A DNA stretch of 64,000 nucleotides from Escherichia coli (GCF_003018255.1 NZ_CP027440.1), one strand, 5' to 3'. Shown: positions 26,585 through 44,642, counted from the stretch's first letter. The notes: generated by a model from the letters alone, not told the origin. Numbers and translations are program-made.

Positions 26585-27425
26585 AGCGTTTGTTTTCCTT
26601 TGCAGACAGAGTGGCTTCCACCACCCGCATCGCTTCTACGGTTTCTTTGACGTCATGAACACGAATGATGTGCGCGCCTTGCATTGCGGCAATGACCGCA
26701 CAGGCCAGACTACCGCTCAAACGCTCGGACGGCCCCACGTTCAGCAGCTGTCCAATCATCGATTTTCGTGACATACCCACCAACAGCGGCAGGTTGAAAT
26801 GGTGAAATTCAGCCAGGCGCGCCAGTAATGAATAGTTATGGGAGAGATTTTTACCGAAACCGAATCCGGGGTCGAGCAACAATTTCTCTTTTGCGATACC
26901 CGCCTGCTCGCAACGTGCTATTTGCTCAATAAAGTAGCGATTCACTTCTGCAAAGACATCGTGATACTTCGGGGCTTCCTGCATGGTTTTTGGATTTCCC
27001 TGCATATGCATCAGACAAACCGGTAAACCGGTTTCTGCAGCCGCCTCCAGAGCGCCAGGTTCGGAAAGGGAGCGGATATCGTTAATAATGTGAGCGCCAA
27101 CTTTCGCTGACTCACGGATGACTTCTGGTTTGGATGTATCTACCGAGATCCAGACTTCGAAGCGTTGAGCAATTGCCTCAACCACAGGAATAACACGTTG
27201 TAACTCTTCTTCAACGCTAACTTCCGCCGCCCCTGGACGTGTGGACTCGCCACCAACGTCAATGATCGTCGCGCCAGCGTTGATCATCAGATTCGCATGT
27301 TTCACCGCATCTATCAGCGAGTTATGCGTGCCACCATCCGAAAAGGAATCAGGCGTGACGTTGAGGATCCCCATTACGTGAGGATGGCTAAGGTCCAGTG
27401 AAGTACCCTGGGCAAAGAGTTTCAT
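26577..27425 (-). CDS. folP: Dihydropteroate synthase
   Basis: Track ORF 26577..27491 trimmed to ATG 27425 ([32 protein letters not shown]...), 282 aa. Confidence 0.95.
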   Translation of the reverse strand: MKLFAQGTSLDLSHPHVMGILNVTPDSFSDGGTHNSLIDAVKHANLMINAGATIIDVGGESTRPGAAEVSVEEELQRVIPVVEAIAQRFEVWISVDTSKPEVIRESAKVGAHIINDIRSLSEPGALEAAAETGLPVCLMHMQGNPKTMQEAPKYHDVFAEVNRYFIEQIARCEQAGIAKEKLLLDPGFGFGKNLSHNYSLLARLAEFHHFNLPLLVGMSRKSMIGQLLNVGPSERLSGSLACAVIAAMQGAHIIRVHDVKETVEAMRVVEATLSAKENKRYE

Positions 27426-27452
27426 AATGTTATCCCTGGTATGAATTGATAA

Positions 27453-27486
27453 GAAAAAACCCCGGAGCACGCCCCGGGGTTTTTGG
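27453..27486 (-). terminator. Hairpin terminator after ftsH
   Basis: aaaaaaccccggagcacgccccggggttttt. Confidence 0.65.
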
Positions 27487-27514
27487 TACAAATACAGTCA
27501 TCTGATGCGGGAAC

Positions 27515-29449
27515 TTACTTGTCGCCTAACTGCTCTGACATGGTGTTACCCGGGTTCGGCGTACGCGGTTCATCAACCGGACGAGGAGCCTTTGGACTAC
27601 CATTGTCGCCAGAATTGTTAGAAGCGCCTGGTTCTTCCCAGCCCGCTGGCGGACGTACATCGCGACGTGCCATCAGGTCATCAATCTGCGGTGCGTCGAT
27701 AGTCTCATATTTCATGAGAGCATCTTTCATCGCATGCAGTATATCCATATTGTCGGTCAGAAGCTGACGCGCACGATTATAGTTGCGCTCAATCAGTGCT
27801 TTCACTTCCTGGTCGATGATACGTGCAGTTTCATCGGACATATGTTTCGCCTTCGCTACGCTACGGCCGAGGAACACTTCACCTTCTTCTTCCGCGTACA
27901 GCAGTGGACCCAATTTCTCAGAGAAGCCCCACTGAGTCACCATGTTACGTGCCAGGTTGGTCGCAACTTTAATATCGTTGGACGCACCGGTAGAAACATG
28001 TTCCGGCCCGTAGATGATCTCTTCTGCCAGACGACCACCGTACAGCGTAGAAATCTGGCTTTCCAGTTTCTGACGGCTAGCGCTGATTGCGTCGCCCTCA
28101 GGCAAGAAGAAAGTCACACCCAGCGCACGACCGCGTGGGATAATCGTCACTTTGTGCACCGGATCATGTTCCGGCACCAGGCGACCGATAATCGCATGAC
28201 CCGCTTCGTGGTAAGCCGTCGATTCTTTCTGCGCTTCCGTCATCACCATGGAGCGACGTTCCGCACCCATCATGATTTTGTCTTTCGCTTTCTCGAACTC
28301 AACCATCGACACAACGCGTTTGTTGCCACGAGCAGCGAACAGTGCCGCTTCGTTCACCAGGTTCGCCAGGTCAGCACCGGAGAAACCAGGAGTACCACGG
28401 GCAATGATTGCCGCGTCGATATCGGGTGCCAATGGTACGCGACGCATGTGAACTTTCAGGATCTGTTCACGACCGCGAACATCTGGCAAGCCAACCACAA
28501 CCTGACGGTCGAAACGGCCAGGACGCAGCAGCGCCGGGTCGAGAACGTCCGGACGGTTAGTCGCGGCGATAACGATGATACCTTCGTTACCTTCGAAGCC
28601 ATCCATCTCAACCAGCATCTGGTTCAGAGTCTGTTCACGTTCATCGTGACCACCGCCCAGACCTGCGCCACGCTGGCGGCCTACGGCGTCGATTTCATCG
28701 ATAAAGATGATGCAGGGTGCCGCTTTCTTCGCCTGTTCGAACATGTCACGAACACGGGATGCACCCACACCGACGAACATTTCTACGAAGTCAGAACCGG
28801 AGATAGTAAAGAACGGAACTTTCGCTTCGCCTGCAATCGCTTTCGCCAGCAACGTTTTACCGGTACCCGGAGGACCGACCATCAGGACGCCTTTCGGGAT
28901 CTTACCGCCGAGTTTCTGGAAGCGGCTCGGCTCGCGCAGATACTCAACCAGTTCAGCAACTTCTTCTTTTGCTTCGTCGCAGCCCGCAACGTCAGCAAAG
29001 GTCGTTTTGATCTGATCTTCAGTCAGCATGCGCGCTTTGCTCTTACCAAACGACATGGCACCTTTGCCACCGCCGCCCTGCATTTGACGCATGAAGAAGA
29101 TCCAGACACCAATCAGCAACAGCATCGGGAACCAGGAGATGAAGATAGAAGCCAGCAGGCTTGGTTCTTCAGGCGGTTCACCGACAACCTTGACGTTCTT
29201 GGTCAACAAGTTATCCAGTAATTTCGGATCCTGAACCGGAATGTAAGTGGTATAACGGTTACTATCTTTCTTGGTAACGTTGATTTCACGTCCGTTGATA
29301 CGCGCTTCACGAACCTGGTCGTTATTGACCTCTTGTAGGAAGGTAGAGTAATCCACCTTACGGCCATTAGACTCGCTGGGCCCAAAGCTCTGGAATACTG
29401 ACATCAGCACAACGGCAATGACCAGCCAGAGTATTAGGTTTTTCGCCAT
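27515..29449 (-). CDS. ftsH: ATP-dependent zinc metalloprotease FtsH (HflB)
   Basis: Track ORF 27515..29458 trimmed to ATG 29449 ([14 protein letters not shown]...), 644 aa; Walker A GPPGTGKT; HEAGH zinc site. Confidence 0.96.
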
Positions 29450-29548
29450 GTCACTCAAGGGATTAACCTCTTATTACAACTGTGTTAAAAACAGCGTCAG
29501 GATACTCTATATCCAGCATCTTTCAAACTTTCGTCTGAAATCTCCCGG

Positions 29549-30178
29549 TTAGGGTTTACGCCCGGTCGCTACAATATACACTTCCCGCGAACGTGCGCGA
29601 GAAGAGTCCGGCTTACGAACTTTGACCTTCGTAAACAGGGAGCGAATTTCCCTTAGATACTCATCGAAACCTTCGCCCTGGAACACCTTCACTACAAAAC
29701 TGCCACCTGGCGCTAATACATCACGACACATTTCTAGCGCCAGTTCCACCAGATACATGGCACGGGGGATATCCACCGCCGGTGTTCCGCTCATGTTTGG
29801 TGCCATATCGGACATGACAACCTGGACTTTGCTGTCGCCAACGCGCTCCAGCAGTGCTTTCATCACCAGTTCATCACGAAAATCGCCCTGAAGAAAGTCC
29901 ACACCAACGATAGGATCCATAGGTAAAAGATCGCAAGCGATGATACGGCCTTTACCGCCAATTTGGGTGACCACATATTGTGACCAACCACCCGGCGCAG
30001 CACCAAGGTCGACAACCGTCATTCCCGGTTTAAAGAGTTTGTCACTTTGCTGTATTTCATCAAGTTTAAACCAGGCACGGGAACGTAACCCCTTTTTCTG
30101 TGCCTGTTGAACATATTTATCGCTAAAGTGTTCCTGAAGCCAGCGGCTGGAGCTGGCAGAACGCTTCTTACCTGTCAT
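29549..30178 (-). CDS. rlmE: 23S rRNA 2'-O-ribose U2552 methyltransferase RlmE (FtsJ/RrmJ)
   Basis: Track ORF, 209 aa; SAM-binding [12 protein letters not shown]. Confidence 0.96.
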
Positions 30179-30303
30179 TTAACTTTCCCATTGGGATAAC
30201 TCATCGTAACCAATTGCGTAAATTTTTACGCGCCTATTTGGCGATATATGGGAGATGGCGGTAGAATGACCCGTTTTCAATCCCAACGTAAGCAAAAAAT
30301 ACG

Positions 30304-30597
30304 ATGAATCTGAGTACTAAACAAAAACAGCACCTGAAAGGTCTGGCACATCCGCTCAAGCCAGTTGTTCTGCTTGGCAGTAATGGTTTGACCGAAGGGG
30401 TGCTGGCCGAGATTGAACAAGCGTTAGAGCACCATGAACTCATCAAGGTGAAAATCGCCACCGAAGATCGCGAAACTAAAACCTTGATCGTGGAAGCTAT
30501 CGTGCGCGAAACCGGCGCCTGTAATGTACAGGTCATCGGTAAAACGCTGGTGCTTTATCGCCCAACTAAAGAACGTAAAATCTCGCTGCCACGCTAA
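30304..30597 (+). CDS. yhbY: CRM-domain RNA-binding protein YhbY
   Basis: Track ORF, 97 aa, MNLSTKQKQHLKGLAHPLKPVV... Confidence 0.93.
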   Translation: MNLSTKQKQHLKGLAHPLKPVVLLGSNGLTEGVLAEIEQALEHHELIKVKIATEDRETKTLIVEAIVRETGACNVQVIGKTLVLYRPTKERKISLPR

Positions 30598-30685
30598 GAT
30601 TATCCTAAAGTTACACACATTTGCTGTGTAAAACGAGGGGTTTTCCGCAGGCAGGAGAGCAAAATGCCACGCTCTGTTCGTTGAT

Positions 30686-30710
30686 AAAAGGCCGCATAGC
30701 GGCCTTTTTC
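30686..30710. terminator. Bidirectional terminator between yhbY and greA
   Basis: aaaaggccgcatagcggccttttt. Confidence 0.7.
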
Positions 30711-30752
30711 CTTTCTTTACAATACATCAACATCTTGAGTATTGGGTAATTC

Positions 30753-31229
<477 letters not shown>

Positions 31230-31321
31230 TTGTTATACCTCTTGAATATTCCTGATGGGGCAAGTCTTCACCCACCCCGGCTGTTCGGCCTGCCCGGCAT
31301 AACTCCTCACCGGGACCAGAA

Positions 31322-31358
31322 GCAAAAAAATACCGACCCGGGTACAAGTCCCAGGTCA
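31322..31358 (-). promoter_or_regulatory. graL: Leader terminator in greA 5' region (GraL-type attenuator)
   Basis: Minus strand: imperfect stem ACCUGGG/CCCGGGU followed by a U7 run, about 100 nt upstream of the greA ATG; coordinates approximate. Confidence 0.4.
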
Positions 31359-31476
31359 GCTACAATTCACATTTTGATAGTCATTTTACCCTGAAGTTCC
31401 CGAAGGGTCATCGTTTACTTTATAGGGCGTTGCGCCGTAGTATGACGGCTCGATTCCAGGTTGTTAGCGCGAGATT

Positions 31477-32910
31477 ATGCGATTTTCCAGATTTATCATC
31501 GGATTGACCAGCTGTATAGCGTTCAGTGTTCAGGCCGCAAATGTTGATGAGTACATTACTCAACTCCCCGCTGGTGCCAACCTTGCCCTGATGGTGCAAA
31601 AAGTCGGCGCGTCGGCCCCCGCTATTGATTACCACAGTCAGCAGATGGCGCTGCCCGCCAGTACGCAGAAAGTGATTACTGCACTGGCGGCGTTGATTCA
31701 ACTCGGCCCCGATTTTCGTTTTACCACGACGCTTGAAACCAAAGGCAATGTGGAAAACGGCGTACTTAAGGGTGACTTAGTGGCGCGATTTGGTGCCGAT
31801 CCGACGTTAAGACGTCAGGATATTCGCAATATGGTCGCGACTTTGAAAAAATCTGGCGTCAACCAAATCGATGGCAATGTGTTGATAGATACCTCCATTT
31901 TCGCCAGCCACGATAAAGCCCCCGGCTGGCCATGGAATGACATGACACAATGCTTTAGCGCTCCGCCTGCCGCCGCCATAGTTGACCGCAACTGTTTCTC
32001 CGTCTCGCTCTATAGTGCCCCAAAACCTGGTGATATGGCTTTTATACGCGTGGCATCTTATTACCCCGTTACGATGTTCAGCCAGGTACGCACCCTCCCC
32101 CGTGGTTCTGCCGAAGCGCAATACTGCGAGCTGGATGTGGTGCCAGGCGACCTGAACCGCTTTACGCTGACCGGATGCCTGCCACAACGTTCTGAGCCGC
32201 TCCCGTTGGCTTTTGCCGTGCAGGATGGTGCCAGCTATGCTGGAGCAATTCTGAAAGATGAGTTAAAACAGGCAGGTATCACCTGGAGCGGAACACTGCT
32301 GCGTCAGACGCAGGTTAACGAACCCGGAACGGTAGTTGCCAGTAAACAGTCGGCCCCGTTGCACGATCTGCTTAAGATTATGCTGAAAAAGTCGGACAAC
32401 ATGATTGCCGATACGGTTTTCCGCATGATCGGCCATGCGCGCTTCAATGTGCCTGGAACATGGCGGGCCGGGTCGGACGCCGTGCGTCAGATCCTGCGCC
32501 AGCAAGCCGGTGTCGATATTGGAAATACCATTATTGCCGATGGTTCAGGGCTTTCGCGGCATAACCTGATTGCTCCCGCCACCATGATGCAGGTGCTGCA
32601 ATACATTGCCCAACACGACAATGAACTTAACTTTATCTCTATGCTGCCGCTGGCGGGCTATGACGGCTCTTTGCAGTACCGTGCAGGTCTGCATCAGGCG
32701 GGCGTGGATGGAAAAGTCTCAGCGAAAACCGGTTCGTTGCAGGGGGTATATAACCTGGCGGGATTCATTACCACAGCGAGCGGGCAACGAATGGCGTTTG
32801 TGCAATATCTTTCTGGCTATGCAGTAGAACCGGCGGATCAGCGTAATCGCCGTATTCCGTTGGTACGTTTTGAAAGCCGTTTGTATAAGGATATTTACCA
32901 GAACAATTAG
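31477..32910 (+). CDS. dacB: D-alanyl-D-alanine carboxypeptidase/endopeptidase PBP4
   Basis: Track ORF, 477 aa; signal peptide; active-site STQK. Confidence 0.96.
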   Translation: MRFSRFIIGLTSCIAFSVQAANVDEYITQLPAGANLALMVQKVGASAPAIDYHSQQMALPASTQKVITALAALIQLGPDFRFTTTLETKGNVENGVLKGDLVARFGADPTLRRQDIRNMVATLKKSGVNQIDGNVLIDTSIFASHDKAPGWPWNDMTQCFSAPPAAAIVDRNCFSVSLYSAPKPGDMAFIRVASYYPVTMFSQVRTLPRGSAEAQYCELDVVPGDLNRFTLTGCLPQRSEPLPLAFAVQDGASYAGAILKDELKQAGITWSGTLLRQTQVNEPGTVVASKQSAPLHDLLKIMLKKSDNMIADTVFRMIGHARFNVPGTWRAGSDAVRQILRQQAGVDIGNTIIADGSGLSRHNLIAPATMMQVLQYIAQHDNELNFISMLPLAGYDGSLQYRAGLHQAGVDGKVSAKTGSLQGVYNLAGFITTASGQRMAFVQYLSGYAVEPADQRNRRIPLVRFESRLYKDIYQNN

Positions 32911-32920
32911 TCTAAAGAGA

Positions 32921-32946
32921 AACCCCGGCACATGGCCGGGGTTTTG
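32921..32946. terminator. Bidirectional terminator between dacB and obgE
   Basis: ccccggc-acatg-gccgggg followed by tttt. Confidence 0.7.
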
Positions 32947-32950
32947 CTGA

Positions 32951-34138
<1,188 letters not shown>

Positions 34139-35104
34139 TCATTCGCCTGCGCGGGGTTGCGATACCACCGTTGTATGCTTACGTAATCCGCCCCAAATAC
34201 GATGACCAATGGCGGAATACATCGCGCCCGCAACCACGACAAACGCACCGAGATAACCTAAAAGGTTTAACATCGGTCTGGCGAAGAAATCGGGCCAGGC
34301 CAGTGATAAAAGATCTGAAAAAAACAGCGTAAACAGTGGGGTGAGCGTAATGATCGCGCTCACCTGCGCTGCCTGCCAGCGAGCCATCGCTTCCGCCAGG
34401 GCGCCATATCCTACCAATGTATTCAGTCCGCAAAAAATTAAACATGCGAGCTGCCAGTGGCTAAGCTGCGCTATCACTCCAGGCTTTGCCAGAGGGAAGA
34501 GCGCAATTGTACATAAAGTGTACAGCAAAAACAGGATCTGCGGTGAGGCCAGTCGACGCAATAAAACCTTTTGCGCCACGCCATAACTCACCCACACCGT
34601 CGCCGCACCGACCCCAAAGATTACTCCCCAGGTGTAATCGGTGAGCTTTGTAAATATCTCGACCAGACTGGTGTTAAAAAACATCACCAGGCCGCTCAGG
34701 AGCATCAATGCCCCTACAACCTGAGTGCTGCGCATTTTCTCTTTCAGGATAAATACGCTGGCAACCATCATGCCAACTGGCGAGAGTTGCCCAATCACCT
34801 GCGAAGCGGTCGGACTCAGGTATTGCAAGGATGAGCTGAACAGGATGAAGTTCCCAAACAGCCCGGCGGTCGCCACTGCCAACAAAATCAACCAGCGTGG
34901 CTTACGAAACACGCGTAATGGCGGCAACCGCTTCTTCACCGCAAGAATGGCACCCAGGCCAATACTCGCCATCAAGAAACGGTAAAACACGATTGTCGGA
35001 GGTTCCATCACCTCCAGCACCTGCTTCATTGCGATTGGCAACGCCCCCCAGCAAATTGCTGTGGTGAGCGCCAAAAGAATGCCAATGCCTGCCTGCTGCT
35101 TCAT
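34139..35104 (-). CDS. yhbE: EamA/DMT-family inner-membrane transporter YhbE
   Basis: Track ORF, 321 aa, about 10 predicted TM helices. Confidence 0.9.
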   Translation of the reverse strand: MKQQAGIGILLALTTAICWGALPIAMKQVLEVMEPPTIVFYRFLMASIGLGAILAVKKRLPPLRVFRKPRWLILLAVATAGLFGNFILFSSSLQYLSPTASQVIGQLSPVGMMVASVFILKEKMRSTQVVGALMLLSGLVMFFNTSLVEIFTKLTDYTWGVIFGVGAATVWVSYGVAQKVLLRRLASPQILFLLYTLCTIALFPLAKPGVIAQLSHWQLACLIFCGLNTLVGYGALAEAMARWQAAQVSAIITLTPLFTLFFSDLLSLAWPDFFARPMLNLLGYLGAFVVVAGAMYSAIGHRIWGGLRKHTTVVSQPRAGE

Positions 35105-35175
35105 ACCGTATTCCCTGCAAAGCGCATTTGCGGATTAACGTCGCACCATGCGCATTTTTACCGGTTATCGAATGT

Positions 35176-35208
35176 AAAAAGCCCCGCAACGTGTTGCGGG
35201 GCTTTCAT
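35176..35208 (-). terminator. Intrinsic terminator after rpmA
   Basis: Minus strand gccccgcaacacgttgcggggc followed by UUUUU. Confidence 0.7.
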
Positions 35209-35230
35209 CCGTTACCGGGACGCGAAAAAC

Positions 35231-35856
<626 letters not shown>

Positions 35857-36078
35857 TCAGAGTGCGCTATAAATATTCACAATAGGGCGCGAATATTACG
35901 CAAAACGCACGCCTTTGACAAGTGCTACAGTCAATACACGAAGAAAAAAAACACAACTTGTACGGTAACGTTTATCTGTGCCATTTTTTCAGTACAATCA
36001 CCCTATATTCCTAACCATAAACCCTAAGTTGCCTTTGTTCACAGTAAGGTAATCGGGGCGAAAAGCCCGGCTTTTGCG

Positions 36079-37050
36079 ATGAATTTAGAAAAAATCAATG
36101 AGTTAACCGCGCAAGATATGGCGGGTGTTAATGCGGCAATCCTTGAGCAGCTTAATTCCGACGTCCAACTGATCAATCAGTTAGGCTATTACATCGTCAG
36201 CGGCGGCGGTAAACGTATTCGTCCGATGATTGCTGTACTGGCTGCACGAGCTGTTGGCTATGAGGGAAATGCGCATGTCACCATTGCTGCCCTGATCGAG
36301 TTTATCCACACGGCGACTCTGCTGCACGACGACGTTGTGGATGAATCAGATATGCGCAGGGGTAAAGCTACCGCCAACGCTGCATTTGGCAATGCCGCCA
36401 GCGTGCTGGTAGGCGATTTTATTTATACCCGCGCGTTCCAGATGATGACCAGCCTCGGCTCGCTCAAAGTGCTGGAAGTCATGTCAGAAGCCGTAAACGT
36501 CATCGCAGAAGGTGAAGTTCTGCAACTGATGAACGTTAACGATCCGGACATCACTGAAGAAAACTACATGCGCGTTATCTATAGCAAAACCGCGCGTCTG
36601 TTTGAGGCTGCCGCGCAGTGTTCCGGGATTCTGGCTGGCTGTACGCCGGAGGAGGAGAAAGGCCTGCAGGATTATGGGCGCTATCTCGGCACTGCTTTCC
36701 AGTTGATCGACGATTTACTCGATTACAATGCCGATGGCGAACAGTTAGGTAAAAACGTCGGCGACGATCTGAACGAAGGTAAACCGACGCTGCCGCTGCT
36801 GCATGCAATGCATCATGGCACACCAGAACAGGCACAGATGATTCGTACCGCCATCGAACAGGGTAACGGTCGCCATCTTCTGGAACCGGTTCTGGAAGCA
36901 ATGAACGCTTGTGGATCTCTTGAATGGACGCGTCAGCGTGCCGAGGAAGAAGCAGACAAAGCCATCGCAGCGTTACAGGTGCTCCCGGACACCCCGTGGC
37001 GAGAAGCACTCATCGGCCTCGCGCACATCGCTGTTCAACGCGATCGTTAA
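36079..37050 (+). CDS. ispB: Octaprenyl diphosphate synthase IspB
   Basis: Track ORF, 323 aa; DDxxD motifs (LLHDDVVDESD, DDLLDY). Confidence 0.96.
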   Translation: MNLEKINELTAQDMAGVNAAILEQLNSDVQLINQLGYYIVSGGGKRIRPMIAVLAARAVGYEGNAHVTIAALIEFIHTATLLHDDVVDESDMRRGKATANAAFGNAASVLVGDFIYTRAFQMMTSLGSLKVLEVMSEAVNVIAEGEVLQLMNVNDPDITEENYMRVIYSKTARLFEAAAQCSGILAGCTPEEEKGLQDYGRYLGTAFQLIDDLLDYNADGEQLGKNVGDDLNEGKPTLPLLHAMHHGTPEQAQMIRTAIEQGNGRHLLEPVLEAMNACGSLEWTRQRAEEEADKAIAALQVLPDTPWREALIGLAHIAVQRDR

Positions 37051-37277
37051 TCCCCTCCCCTCATCCCGCGCAGCGCGCGGGATGATTCCAGTAAATTCCA
37101 TAAAAACACTTATTCAGCTCTATAACACCTGAAAAATAGGGACGTACATCTTTATATATTCTGAATATTCACACTCTTTACAGGAACTTTTTAGAGCAAT
37201 AGGCCATCAGGAGTATAGTGATGCTCGACAGAAGAAGTGTTCTGAATGAAAGCGACTAACTTAAGGAGTGAGGAAAG

Positions 37278-37556
37278 ATGGAAAGTAATTTCATTGACTG
37301 GCATCCCGCTGACATCATTGCGGGTTTGCGCAAGAAGGGAACGTCAATGGCGGCGGAATCTCGCAGAAATGGTTTGAGTTCCTCAACGCTGGCGAACGCA
37401 TTATCGCGCCCCTGGCCGAAAGGAGAGATGATTATTGCGAAAGCCCTGGGAACTGACCCCTGGATTATCTGGCCATCTCGCTACCATGATCCGCAGACCC
37501 ATGAGTTTATCGACAGAACGCAGTTGATGCGTAGCTACACTAAACCGAAAAAATGA
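37278..37556 (+). CDS. sfsB: Ner-like DNA-binding regulator SfsB (Nlp)
   Basis: Track ORF, 92 aa. Confidence 0.92.
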   Translation: MESNFIDWHPADIIAGLRKKGTSMAAESRRNGLSSSTLANALSRPWPKGEMIIAKALGTDPWIIWPSRYHDPQTHEFIDRTQLMRSYTKPKK

Positions 37557-37603
37557 GTGGTCTGGCGGTAGCCCCGCGAACGGGGCTGCCAGCTCTCAGA
37601 CAA

Positions 37604-38863
<1,260 letters not shown>

Positions 38864-38917
38864 TTAGTTTGTTCTCAGTTAACAATTCATATCCGCTACC
38901 GGCGAATCGCCCATAGC

Positions 38918-39172
38918 TCAAAAGCCGTTCAGTTTGCGATCGCGCGCCCACTCCGCAGGGGTATACGCTTTGATCGACACAGCATGAATGCGGTTATCCG
39001 CAATATATTCCATCAGCGGGCCATAGACCGTCTGCTGTTTTTTAACCCGACTCATGCCGTCAAACAACTCACCCACGGCAATAACCTGAAAGTGGCTGCC
39101 ATCGCCGGAAACGTGGACTTCCTGGAGGGAGAGAGCGTTCATCAACACGCTCTGAATTTCATTATTTTCCAT
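38918..39172 (-). CDS. ibaG: BolA-family protein IbaG (YrbA)
   Basis: Track ORF 38918..39187 trimmed to ATG 39172 ([14 protein letters not shown]...), 84 aa. Confidence 0.92.
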
Positions 39173-39289
39173 GGGATCTTCAATCATCAGTTAATAAACC
39201 AGCGAAACATCTTAGAGCAAAGTTGCGCTGGCATAAATAAGCAAAAAGCCTCGCTGATAAATCAGACAAGGCTCGACTTGCAGGCAGGT

Positions 39290-39324
39290 TTGCCGGACAG
39301 GCGGTTAACGCCATATCCGGCCTG
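39290..39324. repeat. REP element
   Basis: gccggacaggcggttaacgccatatccggcc, a REP-like palindrome between mlaB and ibaG. Confidence 0.55.
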
Positions 39325-39331
39325 AAAAAAT

Positions 39332-39624
39332 TTAACGAGGCAGAACATCAGCAGGCAAATTATACAATTTCGCCAGGGTATACACTTTGTCGTTTACCCC
39401 CTGAAGCGTCACATTGTTGCCCTGCTTTTTCGCCAGATCGATAAGATGGAGCAGCAGCGCCAGTCCACCTGTATCAACGCGGGATACACGGCTAAGATCG
39501 ATACAGGTAATCCCCTTCACCGCTTCCTCACGCATTTCCCAAAGCGGTAGCAGAACGTCCTGATCCAGCTCTCCGGATAACGCCAGCGTGTCACCCGTCT
39601 GCATCCAGCTCAGTGACTCGCTCA

Positions 39625-39625
<1 letters not shown>
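39332..39625 (-). CDS. mlaB: STAS-domain protein MlaB
   Basis: Track ORF, 97 aa. Confidence 0.94.
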
Positions 39626-42435
<2,810 letters not shown>

Positions 42436-42644
42436 AATTCACCCTTCGTCTTGCGTTGATTTTCTAAGCATGGCGCTCAATTTAACCTTGACCCCAACAT
42501 ATTTACAGAATATTACCCGCCGTGGTTAGCGAAAGCTGGCATTTGTTTTACTTTTTAGCCGCATAAAGTCAAAATTAAGAATCCGTTACGGCTTTCTGAA
42601 AATCTTCAGCGGACCGGCGAGTATACCTGAAGAAAGGACGTTAG

Positions 42645-43622
42645 ATGCTTTTAGCTACGGCACTGTTAATTGTTGGTTTACTTTTGGTCGTTTACAGTGC
42701 CGACCGCCTGGTTTTTGCCGCGTCTATTCTTTGCCGAACCTTTGGCATCCCGCCGCTAATCATCGGCATGACGGTGGTCAGTATTGGTACATCGTTACCA
42801 GAAATCATCGTCTCGCTTGCCGCGTCTCTGCACGAACAACGCGATTTAGCCGTTGGTACAGCCCTCGGCTCAAACATTATCAATATATTGCTGATCCTCG
42901 GTCTGGCTGCGCTGGTTCGTCCTTTTACCGTCCATTCTGATGTTCTACGCCGTGAATTACCCTTAATGTTGTTGGTCAGCGTGGTGGCCGGTTCCGTACT
43001 CTATGACGGACAACTTAGTCGAAGCGATGGTATCTTTCTCCTCTTTCTGGCTGTGCTATGGCTGCTGTTCATTGTTAAACTTGCACGTCAGGCTGAACGT
43101 CAGGGGACTGACAGCCTGACCAGAGAGCAGCTTGCAGAGCTGCCTCGTGACGGCGGATTGCCCGTCGCGTTTTTATGGCTCGGCATTGCGCTTATCATCA
43201 TGCCAGTGGCCACGCGGATGGTGGTTGATAACGCCACGGTGCTGGCGAATTACTTTGCCATCAGCGAGTTGACGATGGGTCTGACGGCAATTGCTATCGG
43301 AACCAGCCTGCCGGAACTGGCAACCGCAATAGCGGGGGTTCGCAAAGGTGAAAACGACATTGCTGTCGGAAATATCATTGGCGCAAACATTTTTAATATT
43401 GTCATCGTATTGGGTTTACCCGCGCTGATAACGCCAGGAGAGATTGATCCACTGGCGTACAGTCGTGACTACAGCGTGATGTTGCTGGTGAGCATTATTT
43501 TTGCGTTGCTGTGCTGGCGGCGCTCCCCGCAACCGGGCCGTGGTGTAGGGGTATTATTAACTGGCGGATTTATCGTATGGCTGGCGATGTTGTACTGGTT
43601 ATCGCCAATACTCGTTGAATAA
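42645..43622 (+). CDS. yrbG: Na+/Ca2+ exchanger-family inner-membrane protein YrbG
   Basis: Track ORF, 325 aa; duplicated GTSLPE alpha-repeat motifs. Confidence 0.93.
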   Translation: MLLATALLIVGLLLVVYSADRLVFAASILCRTFGIPPLIIGMTVVSIGTSLPEIIVSLAASLHEQRDLAVGTALGSNIINILLILGLAALVRPFTVHSDVLRRELPLMLLVSVVAGSVLYDGQLSRSDGIFLLFLAVLWLLFIVKLARQAERQGTDSLTREQLAELPRDGGLPVAFLWLGIALIIMPVATRMVVDNATVLANYFAISELTMGLTAIAIGTSLPELATAIAGVRKGENDIAVGNIIGANIFNIVIVLGLPALITPGEIDPLAYSRDYSVMLLVSIIFALLCWRRSPQPGRGVGVLLTGGFIVWLAMLYWLSPILVE

Positions 43623-43635
43623 CTGGAAACGCATT

Positions 43636-44622
43636 ATGTCGCACGTAGAGTTACAACCGGGTTTTGACTTTCAGCAAGCAGGTAAAGAAGTCCTGGCGAT
43701 TGAACGTGAATGCCTGGCGGAGCTTGATCAATACATCAATCAGAATTTCACGCTTGCCTGTGAAAAGATGTTCTGGTGTAAAGGGAAAGTTGTCGTCATG
43801 GGGATGGGGAAATCGGGGCACATCGGGCGCAAAATGGCCGCAACGTTTGCCAGCACCGGTACACCTTCATTTTTCGTCCATCCTGGTGAAGCCGCGCATG
43901 GTGATTTAGGCATGGTCACCCCACAGGATGTGGTGATTGCTATCTCTAACTCAGGTGAATCCAGCGAAATCACGGCCTTAATTCCAGTGCTTAAGCGTCT
44001 TCACGTACCGTTAATCTGCATCACCGGTCGCCCGGAGAGCAGCATGGCGCGCGCCGCAGATGTGCATCTGTGTGTTAAAGTAGCGAAAGAAGCCTGTCCG
44101 TTAGGGCTGGCACCGACCAGCAGCACCACCGCCACGCTGGTTATGGGCGATGCCCTCGCTGTCGCGCTGTTAAAAGCACGCGGCTTTACTGCTGAAGATT
44201 TTGCGCTCTCACACCCAGGCGGCGCACTGGGTCGTAAACTTCTGCTGCGCGTAAACGATATTATGCATACGGGCGATGAGATCCCGCATGTTAAGAAAAC
44301 GGCCAGTCTGCGTGACGCATTGCTGGAAGTTACCCGCAAAAATCTTGGTGTGACTGTCATTTGCGATGACAATATGATGATTGAAGGCATCTTTACCGAC
44401 GGTGATTTACGCCGTGTCTTCGATATGGGCGTGGATGTTCGTCAGTTAAGTATTGCCGATGTGATGACGCCGGGGGGAATACGTGTGCGCCCTGGCATTC
44501 TGGCCGTTGAGGCACTGAACTTAATGCAGTCCCGCCATATCACCTCCGTGATGGTTGCCGATGGCGACCATTTACTCGGTGTGTTACATATGCATGATTT
44601 ACTGCGTGCAGGCGTAGTGTAA
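43636..44622 (+). CDS. kdsD: D-arabinose 5-phosphate isomerase KdsD
   Basis: Track ORF 43615..44622 trimmed to ATG 43636 (MSHVELQPGFDFQQAG...), 328 aa; SIS plus tandem CBS domains. Confidence 0.95.
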   Translation: MSHVELQPGFDFQQAGKEVLAIERECLAELDQYINQNFTLACEKMFWCKGKVVVMGMGKSGHIGRKMAATFASTGTPSFFVHPGEAAHGDLGMVTPQDVVIAISNSGESSEITALIPVLKRLHVPLICITGRPESSMARAADVHLCVKVAKEACPLGLAPTSSTTATLVMGDALAVALLKARGFTAEDFALSHPGGALGRKLLLRVNDIMHTGDEIPHVKKTASLRDALLEVTRKNLGVTVICDDNMMIEGIFTDGDLRRVFDMGVDVRQLSIADVMTPGGIRVRPGILAVEALNLMQSRHITSVMVADGDHLLGVLHMHDLLRAGVV

Positions 44623-44642
44623 AGATTCAAGGATAAACAACA

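Noticed and set aside
37060-37085. Palindrome atcccgcgcagcgcgcgggat after ispB as an intrinsic terminator
   Set aside because: GC-rich hairpin but no following U-tract on either strand. Possibly a REP-like or protein-binding palindrome; left unannotated.
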